NCBI GenBank assembly: GCA_013239625.1 | Contig: MU053934.1 | Span: 6,466,399-6,530,398, forward strand | Length of the DNA stretch: 64,000 nt | Origin: Lama guanicoe | Taxonomy: Eukaryota | Direction of reading: 5' to 3' | In this document: piece by piece, positions 11,780-23,399 of the stretch | Layout of the letters: each line of letters opens with the position of its first letter | Numbering within the stretch: the stretch's first letter is position 1 | The notes under the pieces: model-generated | Seen by the model: only the letters and a program-made list of their open reading frames with translations | Databases searched by the model: none | What the model was told of the DNA's origin: nothing | Made by a program: the position numbers and the translations under genes

Positions 11780-12399
11780 CTGCAGAGGAAGAGCAGAGAA
11801 AAGCGGTGAGGCGGCCTGCTCCCCTTACTCGGGGCAGTTCCGAGGGCTTCCAGAGCGGGGCTGGGGGCTGGATGGGGGAACTGCCATTGTGGCCACGCCC
11901 TGGCTCCTTAAGAAATGAAGGGCTGGCGAGGTTAGGTGAACTGTCCAGAGGCACACAGTGAGCAGGGGCTAGTCTCAACCAACGCCTGGGAGCACAGGCT
12001 CCAAAGGCTCCCAAGACTCCCTTACCAGCGACCTGAGAAGGACACTCACAGGGATGGAAAGGAGGGATGGACAGAGGGTGGCCTCACTGGGGACAGGGAG
12101 GCACTATCAACAAACAGTTCCCATGTCAGGGCCTTTGAAGGGCTGGTGGGCCCAGAGGAGCTGTGGGATTGGGCAGGGCAAGACCACCCTAGGGCTCGGT
12201 ACCAGCTACTGCAGGCAAATGAGATGCTCCATGAATGTTTGTTGAAGAACAAACAATGATGTTCAGATGTCCTCCCCTGACGAACGGGTGGTGTCAGAAG
12301 CATCCCCTCCTCCTCCTGTTCGCTCTCTAACTGGGGAAGGGGTATCACCAACACCAGTCACCCAAGCCAGAGACCAGGCATCCTCAAGTCCTCCTGCTC

Positions 12400-13655
12400 T
12401 TACTCCACCATTTGTCACCCATGACGTCCTCAGTTGTAAATCCAGAGGTAACACCTTGTCCTCATCACACTGGCCTCATTCTCCCTGAGATTCTCCTCTC
12501 AGCAGAATCTGATGCAGCTGCTTCCTCCCTCCTTGAAAGGCTTTTTCTGCCTGGCTCCCAGGACCCCACCCTCACCCGGCTTTTCCTCCTATCTCACAGG
12601 CCGCTCGCTCATTTGTCCAGCATCTAAGTGCTGGGGCCCGAGGGCTTGGCCTTTGCAGATCTTCTCTGCACACTCAGTCCCCGGGTGACCTCATCTACCT
12701 CCAGGATGATGCTCAAACTGCATCTCCAGACACTTTGAATGTCAGACACACGTATGCCGCTGCCTGCTCGGTTTCTGTGTAGATGTCTAACAGACACCTC
12801 CGTCTTTGTATGTCCAAGTCAGAGTTCCTAGGAGTCCCCAAACCTTCAGTCGTCCCCGTCTCAGCCACAGGCACCTCTGTCCTTCCAGTTGCTCAGGCTG
12901 AAAACTCCAGAGACGACCCTGACCCTTCTTCCTCCCACATCTCGCATCTAGGCCACCAGCATATCTGTTGGGCCCATCTAGAAACACCCAGCATCACAGA
13001 CCATCACATCTTCCTCTTCCCTGGACACCACTGAGTCCAGGCCACTCAGAACTCTTCCAGATACAGTCCCCAGGCCTATCTTCCTATTTCTGCCCTTGCC
13101 TCCCCATCAGCGTACTCTCCTTCCAACAGGTGGAGGGACCCATAAAAACCCAAGTCAGGCTGCATCCTTCCCTGGCCCCACACCCTCCACTGTTCCAGTT
13201 TTACTCAGCGAAAGCCACTATTCTTACTAAAACCCACAAAGCCCTACTGATCTGGCCCCACTGTCACGCTGACTCATCTCCCCCAGCTCCGTTCCAGGTG
13301 CCGTGCCTCCCTGTGGACCTTGTACACAACAGGCAGATTCCAAACTCAGGGCCTTTGCACTTGCTGTTTCTCCAACCTAGTGGGCTCTTCCACCAGGAGG
13401 CTCCATGGCACCTTCCATCACGTCTACATAAGGATCACTGTTTTTAGTGCGCCTCCTCCTCCACTCCCATCTAAACCTTAGTGCTTCACCACCACCTGAC
13501 ACGTCAGTCTCCATTCTCTAACACAGCACATATTCTACCTCTACTGTTTCCTCCACTAGAACAGAGGTGAGAGCTTTAAACCTGTTTTGCTCTCTGTTAC
13601 ATCTCCAGTGTCTAGAATAATGCTTGGCACTTAAGAAATACTTGCTGAATAAATC
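12400..13655 (+). mobile_element. degraded L2 LINE
   Basis: Typical L2 3' motifs (TTGCTCAGGC, CAGGGCCTTTGCACTTGCTGTT) ending in TTGCTGAATAAAT. Confidence 0.7.
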
Positions 13656-13864
13656 TTCTTACTCTAAGTTCTGTGGCCTTTTATAAGACCCTATAAGGCC
13701 TTCCTGGGACAGATCCCTTCCCCGTAGGCTCTGCTGTAGCTTCTCTCAGAAGTACCTACATAACAGTATCTCATACATACTTCCTGAGTTTTACAGATGC
13801 CAAAACACCACCATCAAATGGAAGGAGCAGATTAACAGTGGGGCATTTGCAACCACACAATATT

Positions 13865-14327
13865 TGTAACTGCATAGTAGTAACCTAAAATGGCTTCCCT
13901 CATGCTAAAGCACACTCTAGCCTGCTTCTAAACTGTACATATTTCCCTTTGCCTAGAGCATTCTCCCTCCCCCTTGAGTACCCTTTGTTCCAGACACCAA
14001 GATAGAGAAATCACTGTTTGATTAACCCCCAGGGCGGGAGGCTCTGTCTCCAGACCTCAGTGACGCCAGCACAGCGATTACCAAAGGCATCTGGAAGGAA
14101 GGAATGCAGCCCCTGCCCAGCACAGATGTTTATCAGAAGCTCTGTTCCTTGGACTCTTACTCTGAAACTCCCTACTACCCCTCTCCAAGATGGGTTCACA
14201 GTCTTGAGGCATTAGCCTCCTGTGATCCTGTTTCCCTGGCCAAGATATAAAGCTATTCTTTTCTACTTCACCCAAGACTTTGTCTCCAGATTTCAATTCA
14301 GTATTGGGGCACAGAGCCTCCAAAACA
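13865..14327 (+). mobile_element. solo ERV1-type LTR in CENPM intron 5
   Basis: TGTAAC...AAAACA termini; near-TSD TATT/TATC; polyA-like ATATAAAGCTATTCTTTTCTACTTCACCCAAGACTTTGTCTC end. Confidence 0.7.
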
Positions 14328-15159
14328 TATCTACAAGCTGCTGCTGCCTCTGGCCAGGCCTCTTCCAATCCACACATCATATTCCAGAGACGTGGCCCCA
14401 AAACCCACATCGGACCACATCACAACTGCCCCATCACCTCCAGGAAGAAAAGACTGAATCCACTGCCAGGCTCCCAAAGCTCTGCAGACCCTCTGCTGCT
14501 GCACTTATCACACGCCAGGCTATAGCACTCCATGCTGAGAGGCAGGGCCAATGTCTGAGGCATCTGTGTTCTCAGCGACCAGCACAGGGCCCTATCAATG
14601 GCGTTGGGGAATAACTTCACTGGGCGAATCCCACACCTCCTTGGGTGTGTTTCCTCATCTGTAAAAAAGGAGCCAATTATTTCTGCCATGCAAAGGCCTC
14701 AAAATATGGCCAGGCTCAAATTTGATTCTACAGAGGAGTGCACCCCAAAAAGGACAAAACAGATACAAGGAATGTTCACTGTCCAAACACTGGGTGCCTC
14801 TTATGAGAGAATGCTGGGTCTAGGCTCTCAGCAGGCCTGCTGCTGGCTGGAAATAGGAAGTGCGACACAGACGTTTTTTGAGAGAAGTTCTTGGGCTAGA
14901 GGACAACCCAGGACCAGGTACAGACTGCCACCTCGTGGCTATATGCAGAACTGCACCACCCATCACAAAGGTAAGTGGCACCTCAGCTGGAGTAGATCGT
15001 GATTCCCTTTTAGAGATAAGAAAAGGAAGGGGGGGTTTGGTGGGTGGTAGTGACTTATTCAAAGACACACAGTCAGCTCGCTAAGATGGAAAGAGACAGC
15101 TGCCAACCAACCTGACTCTTTGCTAACTTACGAGCTGTGTGACTGTGAGCAAGTCACCT

Positions 15160-15300
15160 CTTCTTTTCTTGGGGCGGTGAGGTGGGGCAAGTAATTAGGG
15201 TTACTTATTTATTTTTATTTTTTGAGGAGATACTGGGGATTGACTCCAGGACCTGGTGCATGCTAAGCACGCACTCTACTGCTTGAGTTATGCCCTCTCC
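15160..15300 (-). mobile_element. tRNA-derived SINE (Vic-1-like)
   Basis: Plus strand TACTGGGGATTGACTCCAGGACCTGGTGCATGCTAAGCACGCACTCTAC...GAGTTATGCCC preceded by a T-rich tail. Confidence 0.8.
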
Positions 15301-16378
15301 TCTGCTTCTTCTGATACGAGAAAAGTCTGGCAGGGGCAGGTAATTCAGGCATGCCAGGGACCTCAGGTCCTATCTGTGAGATCAGAGCATTGGTCTGGTC
15401 GGGGTTCTTAAAACAGTCATCAAATATGAAACACCAACTTGTGATGGAGCAGTATGTGCATCTTTACCGATGCACTGAATGAAGGCATCTAGCTCAGTCT
15501 AATGACTTCTGCACTGCTGAATAGCAATGAGAGCTGCCCCCATCCCTGTGAGCTGTGGCAATGCCTGTGTTTCTATCGCTAAGAGTCACAGGTTCTGCTA
15601 ATACTACTGATATCTCTTGCCTACATTCATAATGCTAAATTTCACTTAGAGGTTAGTGAAAATAAGAAGTAATCTTTTTCTCGTCCAAGTTCACAAATCC
15701 CCTGAATTCTCCCTTCAGAACAGAGGAGGCCAGAGACCCCAGAGTAAGAACTCCTGGTTAGATGGTGCTGAGGGACCACATGCTGACTCAGTTCCCTCGA
15801 AGGTTATCACTTTGCCTTTGGGAACAGGTGCAAGATCCAGAACAGAACAGAAACACAAATCTTTAAAATGAACCTCAAAACCAACAGACAGACCCCAAAA
15901 CCAACTGACAATGCCTGGTGCACAGATGGGGCAGCCCAGGCCCTGGGAACCCTTAGCTGGCCTCCCAGAGGGAGCAGCGGCAACTCCTGCTGAGCATCCT
16001 TTAGCAGAAAGTCACCAAGATCCATGCTGCAGAAAGAGGCTGAGGAGCAAAATTCATCAGCAAAATAGAAATCTGCTTTGCTACCTGCGCAATTAGGATT
16101 CACCTTGTGAGAAACACCAGCCGAAGCGAGTCAGGGCAGAACCGACACCTATGTATCCAACCAGCGTCACCCTGCTTTACGTGTGTGCACCCCAAGGCTT
16201 ACTCACGGTGACCCACCCAAGGACAGTGAGCGCAAAAGCCAGGATTCAAACAGGGGTCTTGTCTCCACATCTAGTGCCCTTTCACTCAGGTACTCGGCGA
16301 GCCTCCAAGAAGCATCATTCCTGTCATGTCTACTGTGTGCTGACTGCCCCGGCCCTGCCACGTGAGCAGCGTCCTCAC

Positions 16379-16470
16379 CTCCAGGTCACAGAAGAGCAGG
16401 GGGCTGCGGTAGGTGTGGGCCAGCTTCACGACGGTGTTCCGGTGAACGCTGCAGTGGCTCTCCTGCCCGG
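16379..16470 (-). CDS. CENPM: CENP-M exon 5
   Basis: [39 protein letters not shown] acceptor, GTGAGG donor. Confidence 0.96.
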
Positions 16471-16994
16471 CTGCAGAGAAGACACAGCCCATAATCTGCA
16501 CCCGCATGGCTGTAATCTAGGGAGCACTGGGCGAAGAAATTCACCTCCCCCCTCTGGGCCTCAGTTTCTTACCAGTCAGTGGGGGGGCAATACTGTTCTA
16601 CCTTTTCAGGGCAGTCAAGATCATCAAATCAGAAAACAAGGCTGAAGAGGCTTTGATAGAGTCCTCTATGAAAATACGAGTTTCCTCACCTCTCAGATGA
16701 GGTTAGTAACAGCCTCTTCCCCACTGAGTTACTATAGAGATTCAATGAATTAATATATAGAAATGACCTGGCGTTCATTCATTTACCAAGGAGTCACAGT
16801 GCAGCTGGGGGGCAGACATGCCGTCAGTGGAGGCAGAAGGGTGGGGAGTCTCTGGCAGAGACATGTGGGGGATGGAAGCCCCAGTGGCCCAGACTGTAGG
16901 GCTGGTCAGGAAGGCATCCCCCAGGAGACAGAAAATAGTGGTTAGGCAGACAAAGAGGAAAAGTATTTGAGAGAAGCCACACTGTATAACCATT

Positions 16995-17225
16995 AAAGGC
17001 ACGGGCTCTGGAATATGACTTCTAGGTGTGAATCTCTGCTCTTACCCGTTTATAGCTGTGGGCCTTGGGCAAGTTACCTAACCTCGCGGCCACAGTTTCC
17101 TCAGCTGTAGAATAGAGAAAATGGTACCCACCTCCCAGGGTTGTTTGTTGTGAAGGTTAAGTGATACAGAAACAAAGCAGTGTCTGGGGTGCATGGAGTG
17201 CTCAATACAGGTGAGCTAGTATCAT
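16995..17225 (+). mobile_element. MIR SINE
   Basis: Core GCTGTGGGCCTTGGGCAAGTTACCTAACCTC...CAGTTTCCTCAGCTGTAGAAT. Confidence 0.75.
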
Positions 17226-17610
17226 TTCCCTTGTTAACATTACAGTCTCAGGGACAGCAGGACTTGTTCAGAGAACTATAAGCTGAACCAAAGAATGGAG
17301 GAGTAATAGATGAGACGGGACAGGAAGGCAGAGGCCAAACTGCGAAATACTCTGTGCCTTTACAGGAGTTTGGATTTTACTCTGAAAGCCAGAGAGAGTC
17401 ATTAGGCACCTCTGAGCAATTATCTCAGCAGAATTAACCTGGGAGAATGATCAGCTCAGACTCGCTTTATAAAGACCAACAACAGGTCAGATCCCAAAGC
17501 CCATGTTCTTTCCATCACCCAGGCTGCCTTAGCGAGGGGCCTCCCACAGGTCCAGCCACGGCTCACCCTGGGTTAGGGTGGGCAGCACCGGAGAAGAGGG
17601 ATGGACTTAC

Positions 17611-17690
17611 CGCCTGTGGCGAGGAAGCTCACCTTCCCCAGGAAGAAGCTGGCATCCACATGGTGCAGGGACTCCTCTACGTTCCGGAGG
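17611..17690 (-). CDS. CENPM: CENP-M exon 4
   Basis: SLRNVEESLHHVDASFFLGKVSFLATG; CTCCCAG acceptor, GTAAGT donor. Confidence 0.96.
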
Positions 17691-17840
17691 CTGGGAGGCC
17701 AGGCCAGGGCAAGAAAACAAACCGGAGGACAAACCTTCCAACAGGGAAAGCAGAGGCCCCCACTCTGATCCCACAGAGGCCAGAGGATGAGATGAGGGTG
17801 ATGGGAAATAGCCCTAGAGGCATACTCTGTCCTTCCATTT

Positions 17841-18014
17841 TTTTTAAATAACTTTTTTTGGGGGGGAGTTATTTATTTATTTGTTTATCTACTTACTTAC
17901 TCATTTTTACTTACTTATTTTTTTAGTGGAGGTGCTGGGGGTTGAAGCCAGGACCTTCTGCATGCTAAGCACATACTCCACCTTTGATCTACTACACCAC
18001 CTCCCCACACACAA
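17841..18014 (-). mobile_element. tRNA-derived SINE (Vic-1-like)
   Basis: GGTGCTGGGGGTTGAAGCCAGGACCTTCTGCATGCTAAGCACA; TSD CTGTCCTT(C/T)CATTT at 17827-17840 and 18015-18028. Confidence 0.8.
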
Positions 18015-18376
18015 CTGTCCTTTCATTTCTTAAAACTACTTTTAATTACAAAGTGACTCGTTTGTAAAATAATCAAATAGTAAATATGGGTGTGTAAGTA
18101 GAAAGTAAAAGTCCCTGGCCTCCAGCACCACCCTCCAGTCTCAGATCCCCAGAGATAACTGCCACCAACAGTTTGTTTAATTGTGTAATTCTTCTGGAAT
18201 TTTTTTCATATGAAAATACAGACAGCGATATGTATAAGCATCTAGCTGGGTCTACTTGGGTTCGATGTCCTGTTACTTTCTCTGGAATGACCACGCAGAA
18301 CCACAAACTGACTATTTTCCCTGTGTTGGACCCTTAAATGGTTTTTCACCATTACAAACAATGCTGCATGAACATT

Positions 18377-18847
18377 TTTGGTCCTTTCTTTTTCGAAAAA
18401 TGGAAGTGGAGGGAGGAGGGTATAGCTCAAGCGGTAGAGTACATGCTTAGCATGCGCAAGGACCTGGGTTCAATCCCCAGTACTGCCTCCAAAAAATTAG
18501 TAAATAAATAAATCTGATTACCCACCCCCCAAAAAAAGAAAACTTAAAAAAAAAGAAAAAGAAAAATTGAAGTGGAGTTGATTTACAATGTTGTGTTAGT
18601 TTCCAGTGTACCATATACTGATTCAGTTATACATACATATATTGTTTTTCATTATAGGTTATTAAAAGCTATTGAATATAGCTCCCTATGCTCTATACTA
18701 GGATCCTGTTGTTTATCTATTTGTCTATAGTACTTTGTACTTGCTAATCTCAAACTCCTAATTTATCCCCCACTTTTCCTTCTGGTAACCATAAGTTTGT
18801 TTCCTATGTCTGTGAGTCTTTCTGTTTTGTAAACAAGCTCATTTGTG
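18377..18847 (-). mobile_element. 5'-truncated L1 3' end (artiodactyl-type), interrupted by the SINE
   Basis: GTTGATTTACAATGTTGTGTTAGTTTC...GGTAACCATAAGTTTGTTT is an antisense L1 3' UTR; TSD TGCATGAACATT at 18365-18376 and 18848-18859. Confidence 0.8.
18412..18560 (+). mobile_element. tRNA-derived SINE (Vic-1-like), well preserved
   Basis: GGAGGGTATAGCTCAAGCGGTAGAGTACATGCTTAGCATGCGCAAGGACCTGGGTTCAATCCCCAG with A and B boxes and an A-rich tail; 17-bp TSD at 18395-18411 and 18561-18577. Confidence 0.9.
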
Positions 18848-19579
18848 TGCATGAACATTCTTTTACACATATCCTTACACATTCAAGCAAATGTTTCTGC
18901 AGAACAGATGCTAGCAGTGGAATGGCTGGGTCACAGTATGTCTACACTTCTTTCAGTGTAGATTAAGTATCGCCAAATTGCTTTCCAATAAGGTTACAGT
19001 GATTCAGTCATATCAATTGTATGAAAACACACTTTTCCCCTCAACAAGGGTACTCGGACCTTCTGGGCTAAGGATTTCATTCAACGGTGTCTAGGGAGTG
19101 ATGAAGGAATCTGTTGTCTCCTGGCCAAAGAGCCATCTCATCTTTCAGGTGTCTATTTAGATGTCACCTCCACTAGAAAGTCTACCCTGACCTAAATTCT
19201 GAGAGTCTTGTTTGGGCTCACACAGCCCAATGCTTCCTTCTTTTGCAGTACATATCCCAGGGACTGTAACTGTCTGCTCAAAAGTCTAGCTTCTTCCCCT
19301 AAGGGACTAGGAGCACCTTATGTTTCACTTATGTCTGTGCCTGCTATCAGGGACACAGAGTGACCTCAGAGAGCTTTAGCTAAGTGACAGATGACACTGC
19401 TGGGATTTATCAATGTCTTTTAAACATCTTACATTGGCCACTGGCTCCCCCCTCCTCACTCTCTAGGTTAACTCCAGGCAACCTCTTCGTCTTCTCTCCT
19501 TCCCATCACAAGTGAGGTCACCATCCCAGCACATCCCTAAGCCAGGTCTGCCTGAGCCCTGACATCCTCTGGCTCTCAC

Positions 19580-19672
19580 CTGTGTTGGCTGTGAAGGTTG
19601 ACCATGAACACAATCAAGTCAATTCGGGGCCGGTTCACATTGGAGGGCAGCGGGAGGGACTTTGCCAAGTGG
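19580..19672 (-). CDS. CENPM: CENP-M exon 3
   Basis: [38 protein letters not shown] acceptor, GTGAGA donor. Confidence 0.96.
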
Positions 19673-20734
19673 CTGGAAAACAAGGAATTGCAGGACTAAA
19701 GATATGTGTACCCACATCATAAGCAGCATTCATTCACATGCTACCCTTCACTGGGGAAGAGGCTGCCAAGCGCTCCTCACCTATTCAGCTGAAGCTCTTA
19801 TGGGCAACACTTCTCAGGTGAGCACAGGGGTAGAGCAGAGCTGGTCCCATCCAGATTGCTCCTGCTTTATTCCCCTGCCAGGACGTTTAGTTAACTGCCT
19901 TGGCAAGAGGGAGTTTGGGATAGAAGATGGCATGAGGCTAGCCATCTACACTGCACGCTGCGAGGGAGACCAGGCTTGGAAGAGGGGATGCTGGACTGTG
20001 AAACTTAGGGGTTAAGACTGAAGCCCTCTGGAGTCAGATAGAAGGGGGCCCAAATCCCAGATGTGACAATGATCAGCTGTGTGACCTTGGACAAGTCACC
20101 CTCATCCTTCTTGTCTGACTTGGTTTCAGATTGTTGAATACCACCTGAAAGTTCTTTTTTTTTAACCCTCTACTTCTCCCCATTTCCACATATTCCTATT
20201 ACCCATCTGCCCCCACCCCATAGCTTATAATTCAAGAATACCAAAAAGTATAAAAACCAGAAAAGTTTAAAAAAAGTATACTCCTAAAAGTCCAGTTACC
20301 TAGATACTACTACTGTTAACATTAGAACATTTTTCTAAACATCTCTCCATGTACATAACATATACACATTCAGATACCAGAATACAGTAGACATAATTTT
20401 AAAAAGGATAATAGTATTAATTTTATTTGAATTTAGTGGAAGCAAAATAACTAAAGTAGAACTGAAAAAAAGATGAACTTTAGATAAATTATTTTTTATT
20501 CATAAGAAATTACTTCCTGAAAGAATCCAATTTAAAAAGATTATGAAAAAATTAGTACATTGGTATTATTTTTAACTATATGTTTTTAATTTTATCTATA
20601 CTGGATTGATTCTCTATTAAGAAAAGTGAGAAATTTAACATTCTTATAAATTTATCCTTCCATTTGAACAAGACTTACAAACATACATTTGTATTATTAT
20701 TATTGTTATTATGATACAGATTTGTATTCTGCTC

Positions 20735-21030
20735 TAACCATAACTTTGGACCTCAGCTGATGAAGCTGTCACTCTAGAACACTGCTGGTTGCCACGGGAG
20801 AGGCAGAAGGTATTGAGGAAGGTCTCCCACTGGCAATTAAATACTTCAGCAATATAGAGACAATCATTTTTGCTTCCAGCTCATTGGCCAGAACTAGTCA
20901 CACACAACCATACAACCACAACAGGTCATACAACCCAATACAACCACAAAAGGTCAAAAACAGCAATCCTGGTTCCTGCTAAATGCTCCAAATTCAGAGA
21001 GCTGGAAATATTTGGCAATAGAATAAACAG
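20735..21030 (-). mobile_element. MaLR (MLT1-like) LTR fragment
   Basis: CTGGCAATTAAATACTTC...CTCATTGGCCAGAACTAGTCAC motif. Confidence 0.6.
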
Positions 21031-22440
21031 GTGACCATAAGGGTGATTTATTTTTCCTGCCAAAAAGTCTGAAGAATTATTTACTCTTAACGTTCAATAA
21101 CTTAACTAGGATATAACTTGACATAAAGTGTTCTGTGCCCATTTTTCCTGGAACAAGATATATGTACCCTTTTTAATGAACAAATTCAACTCTTCACTCA
21201 CTCCAGGGAAGTTTTCTTCTCTTACATTTTGAACACTTCTGCTGTGACTTTTTTCAAATCTTTCTTCTTTGTAAAGAATTAAAATTTCAAGCACATCTAC
21301 TCTGATCTTGCTGTTCCTCTGTATTTACTAGATAGATCTCATATGGTATTAATTTTTGACCTTTTTTTGCCCTTAGCTCTGCAACCTCCCTTTCGTCTCA
21401 TTCTGTTGTTTTATCATTTAGTCTTTGAGTGCTTTTTTTAAAAATCCATGTTATTATTAAATTTCTCAATGGCACAAAGCACTCAACAAAGAGATTTCTT
21501 CTCCTTTTTCCAGAGTGGGTTCTTCATCGGATTTTTGCATGTCATGTGACTTGCTCTTTTTTGGCAGTGGTTTCCATGACACTTCTTTCCATCTGGCTCA
21601 ATGTAGGCAATTTTGTCCACATTTTCCATTTACTCTGACGTTAATTAAATGAATCATTTTTTTTACCCTTTCCTACTTTTGAGCTATGGGTTTGAAATTA
21701 TTGGTTATTATGTTTGACGTTCTATAGCCTAAGAGCCTGGCAAGATAGGAAGAGCAAAGATGGACCTATGAACAAGCTTTATTTTGAGGGAAAGATTATG
21801 TTCCCTTATCAGAGATTCGTTAAAGTGCTCAACCAGGGTTTATTCTACCTACTAAGGGGCATTGCCAGTTTCCATGGGGTAAATACCCTCAGATTTGGAT
21901 CATTCTCCTTAAACACGGACCCCTGGAGTTATCTATTATGGTGAATGATACCCGCATATATTCAGTCACTTGACTCCCGCCAGCAGCTTCTACTCCCCAC
22001 TAGTTAGAAAAAAGAAAGCAAAACAGACTTCTTTAGTCACCTTTTCTCCAAATCTGGGAGTATCTGAGCATCTACTCTGTGCCAAGTACTGCTCAAGGTA
22101 CTGGGGATACACCATTGAGCAAAAGTCAAAGTCCTTGCCCTCAAGGGGCTGGCCTTGGGGCCCTCAGGTATCAGAATGGAAACAAGTAAGCAAACATGTG
22201 AACAAAGAAATTTCTTATGGTGACAAGTCCTAGAGGAAAATAGAACAAGTATGTTGCAGAGTGATGGAGGATATCTCAGAGGGACAGATCAAGTGTTAGG
22301 ACAGAGACTCCGAGGGGTTGCCCACCCTGCCAGTCACACCTATGCCTGCCTCTCTGGCGGCCCGCTTTCCCCCGCACCCCCCTCCCCGCCCAGGCTACGT
22401 CCCCATCCCACCCCCCAACCCTGGGCATAAGACTACTTAC

Positions 22441-22520
22441 ACCTTGAGCTCCGAGGCGCAGTCCTCCTTGAGCATCGAACCGGCCAGCTGCTGCAGAAGA
22501 ACATCGTCCGTGCCCACCAG
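22441..22520 (-). CDS. CENPM: CENP-M exon 2
   Basis: LVGTDDVLLQQLAGSMLKEDCASELKV; pyrimidine tract-CAG acceptor, GTAAGT donor. Confidence 0.96.
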
Positions 22521-23072
22521 CTGCCCAGAGAGAGAAAGCAGCCTACTGACACCTCGGCACAGTAGAACCGCTGGAAGGCCTGGGGATCAGGCCACAGACC
22601 CAAGACGGCTGCGACTCCAGATTCCGGCTCCGGCACGCGAGTCGCCCTTTACCAAGAGGGCTCCGCCAGGCACGGGTGAGAGCCTAAGATTTGCACCCGC
22701 TCCGGTCCTGTCCGGACAGCACTCATTACCTCCCCGGACCCCCCTGGGACGGCCTTGTCTCTCCGGTAGGTCGGACTCTGAGAAGCGGGAAAACCGAGTC
22801 TCGGAAACCGGGCACCCAGTCGGCTCACGGTCTCCCCGCCCAGCCGCCCCACCAATCAGAAACTGGGAAAGAGCCCGCCGCGCACGTATTGGTGGAGACG
22901 TCCTTCAGCCTAAAGAGGGCGGCTACTCCGATTGGTTCGGGGCATGGCTCCTCCGCCCACCACACTCCTCAGATTGCCCAAGCCAGCATCACAGAGAGAC
23001 CTCGTTACCCGGAGGCTGCGGCGCAGTCAAGGAGGAAATGCGGCTGGGGGAAGTGGGACTGTTGACACCTAC

Positions 23073-23129
23073 CAAGATGGTGGCCGTGTTCAGGCCAGGC
23101 AGCTTGTCCAGCGGCCGCAACACCGACAT
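23073..23129 (-). CDS. CENPM: CENP-M exon 1
   Basis: MSVLRPLDKLPGLNTATIL; donor TTG|GTAGGT. Confidence 0.96.
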
Positions 23130-23399
23130 CCCAGCGACAGGCCAAACCGCCGCTCCTGCGGCGCGCGCGTGGCTTTCAAACTGCCCTGTGGCCCGCCCCT
23201 TGTGCGTGATCGCGGGGCACGAGACACTGCCTGGGCGGGGCTTGGTGGAGGCGGGGCGACGTTCTCTTAAAGGGACAGCTACCTCCTTTTCTGGGGGAGG
23301 TTCCATCGCTGATCCTAGGCACACAGGTGGTGCCTTCAGGGCAGGACTTTTATTTCATTCCTGGGACAAAGAAGATGATCAGTGGCTTATTCATGCCCA

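Larger units (their letters stand above)
11639..23129 (-). other. CENPM: centromere protein M gene, CDS span (6 coding exons, 180 aa)
   Basis: Exons of 57+80+93+80+92+141=543 nt join in phase into MSVLRPLDKLPGLNTATILLVGT...[17 protein letters not shown]. Confidence 0.97.
22330..23300. promoter_or_regulatory. CENPM CpG island and promoter (CHR, GC boxes, CCAAT boxes)
   Basis: High CpG density; minus-strand TTTGAA at 23175-23180; GGGCGGGG near 23233; CCAAT/ATTGG at 22852, 22888 and 22931. Confidence 0.8.

Noticed and set aside
13388..13405. CTCF-like CCACCAGGAGGCTC
   Set aside because: Two core mismatches and inside an L2 remnant; too weak without data.
18412..18490. tRNA-like sequence with A and B boxes
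   Set aside because: Followed by an A-rich tail and flanked by TSDs, with three diverged copies in the window, so it is a SINE and not a tRNA gene.
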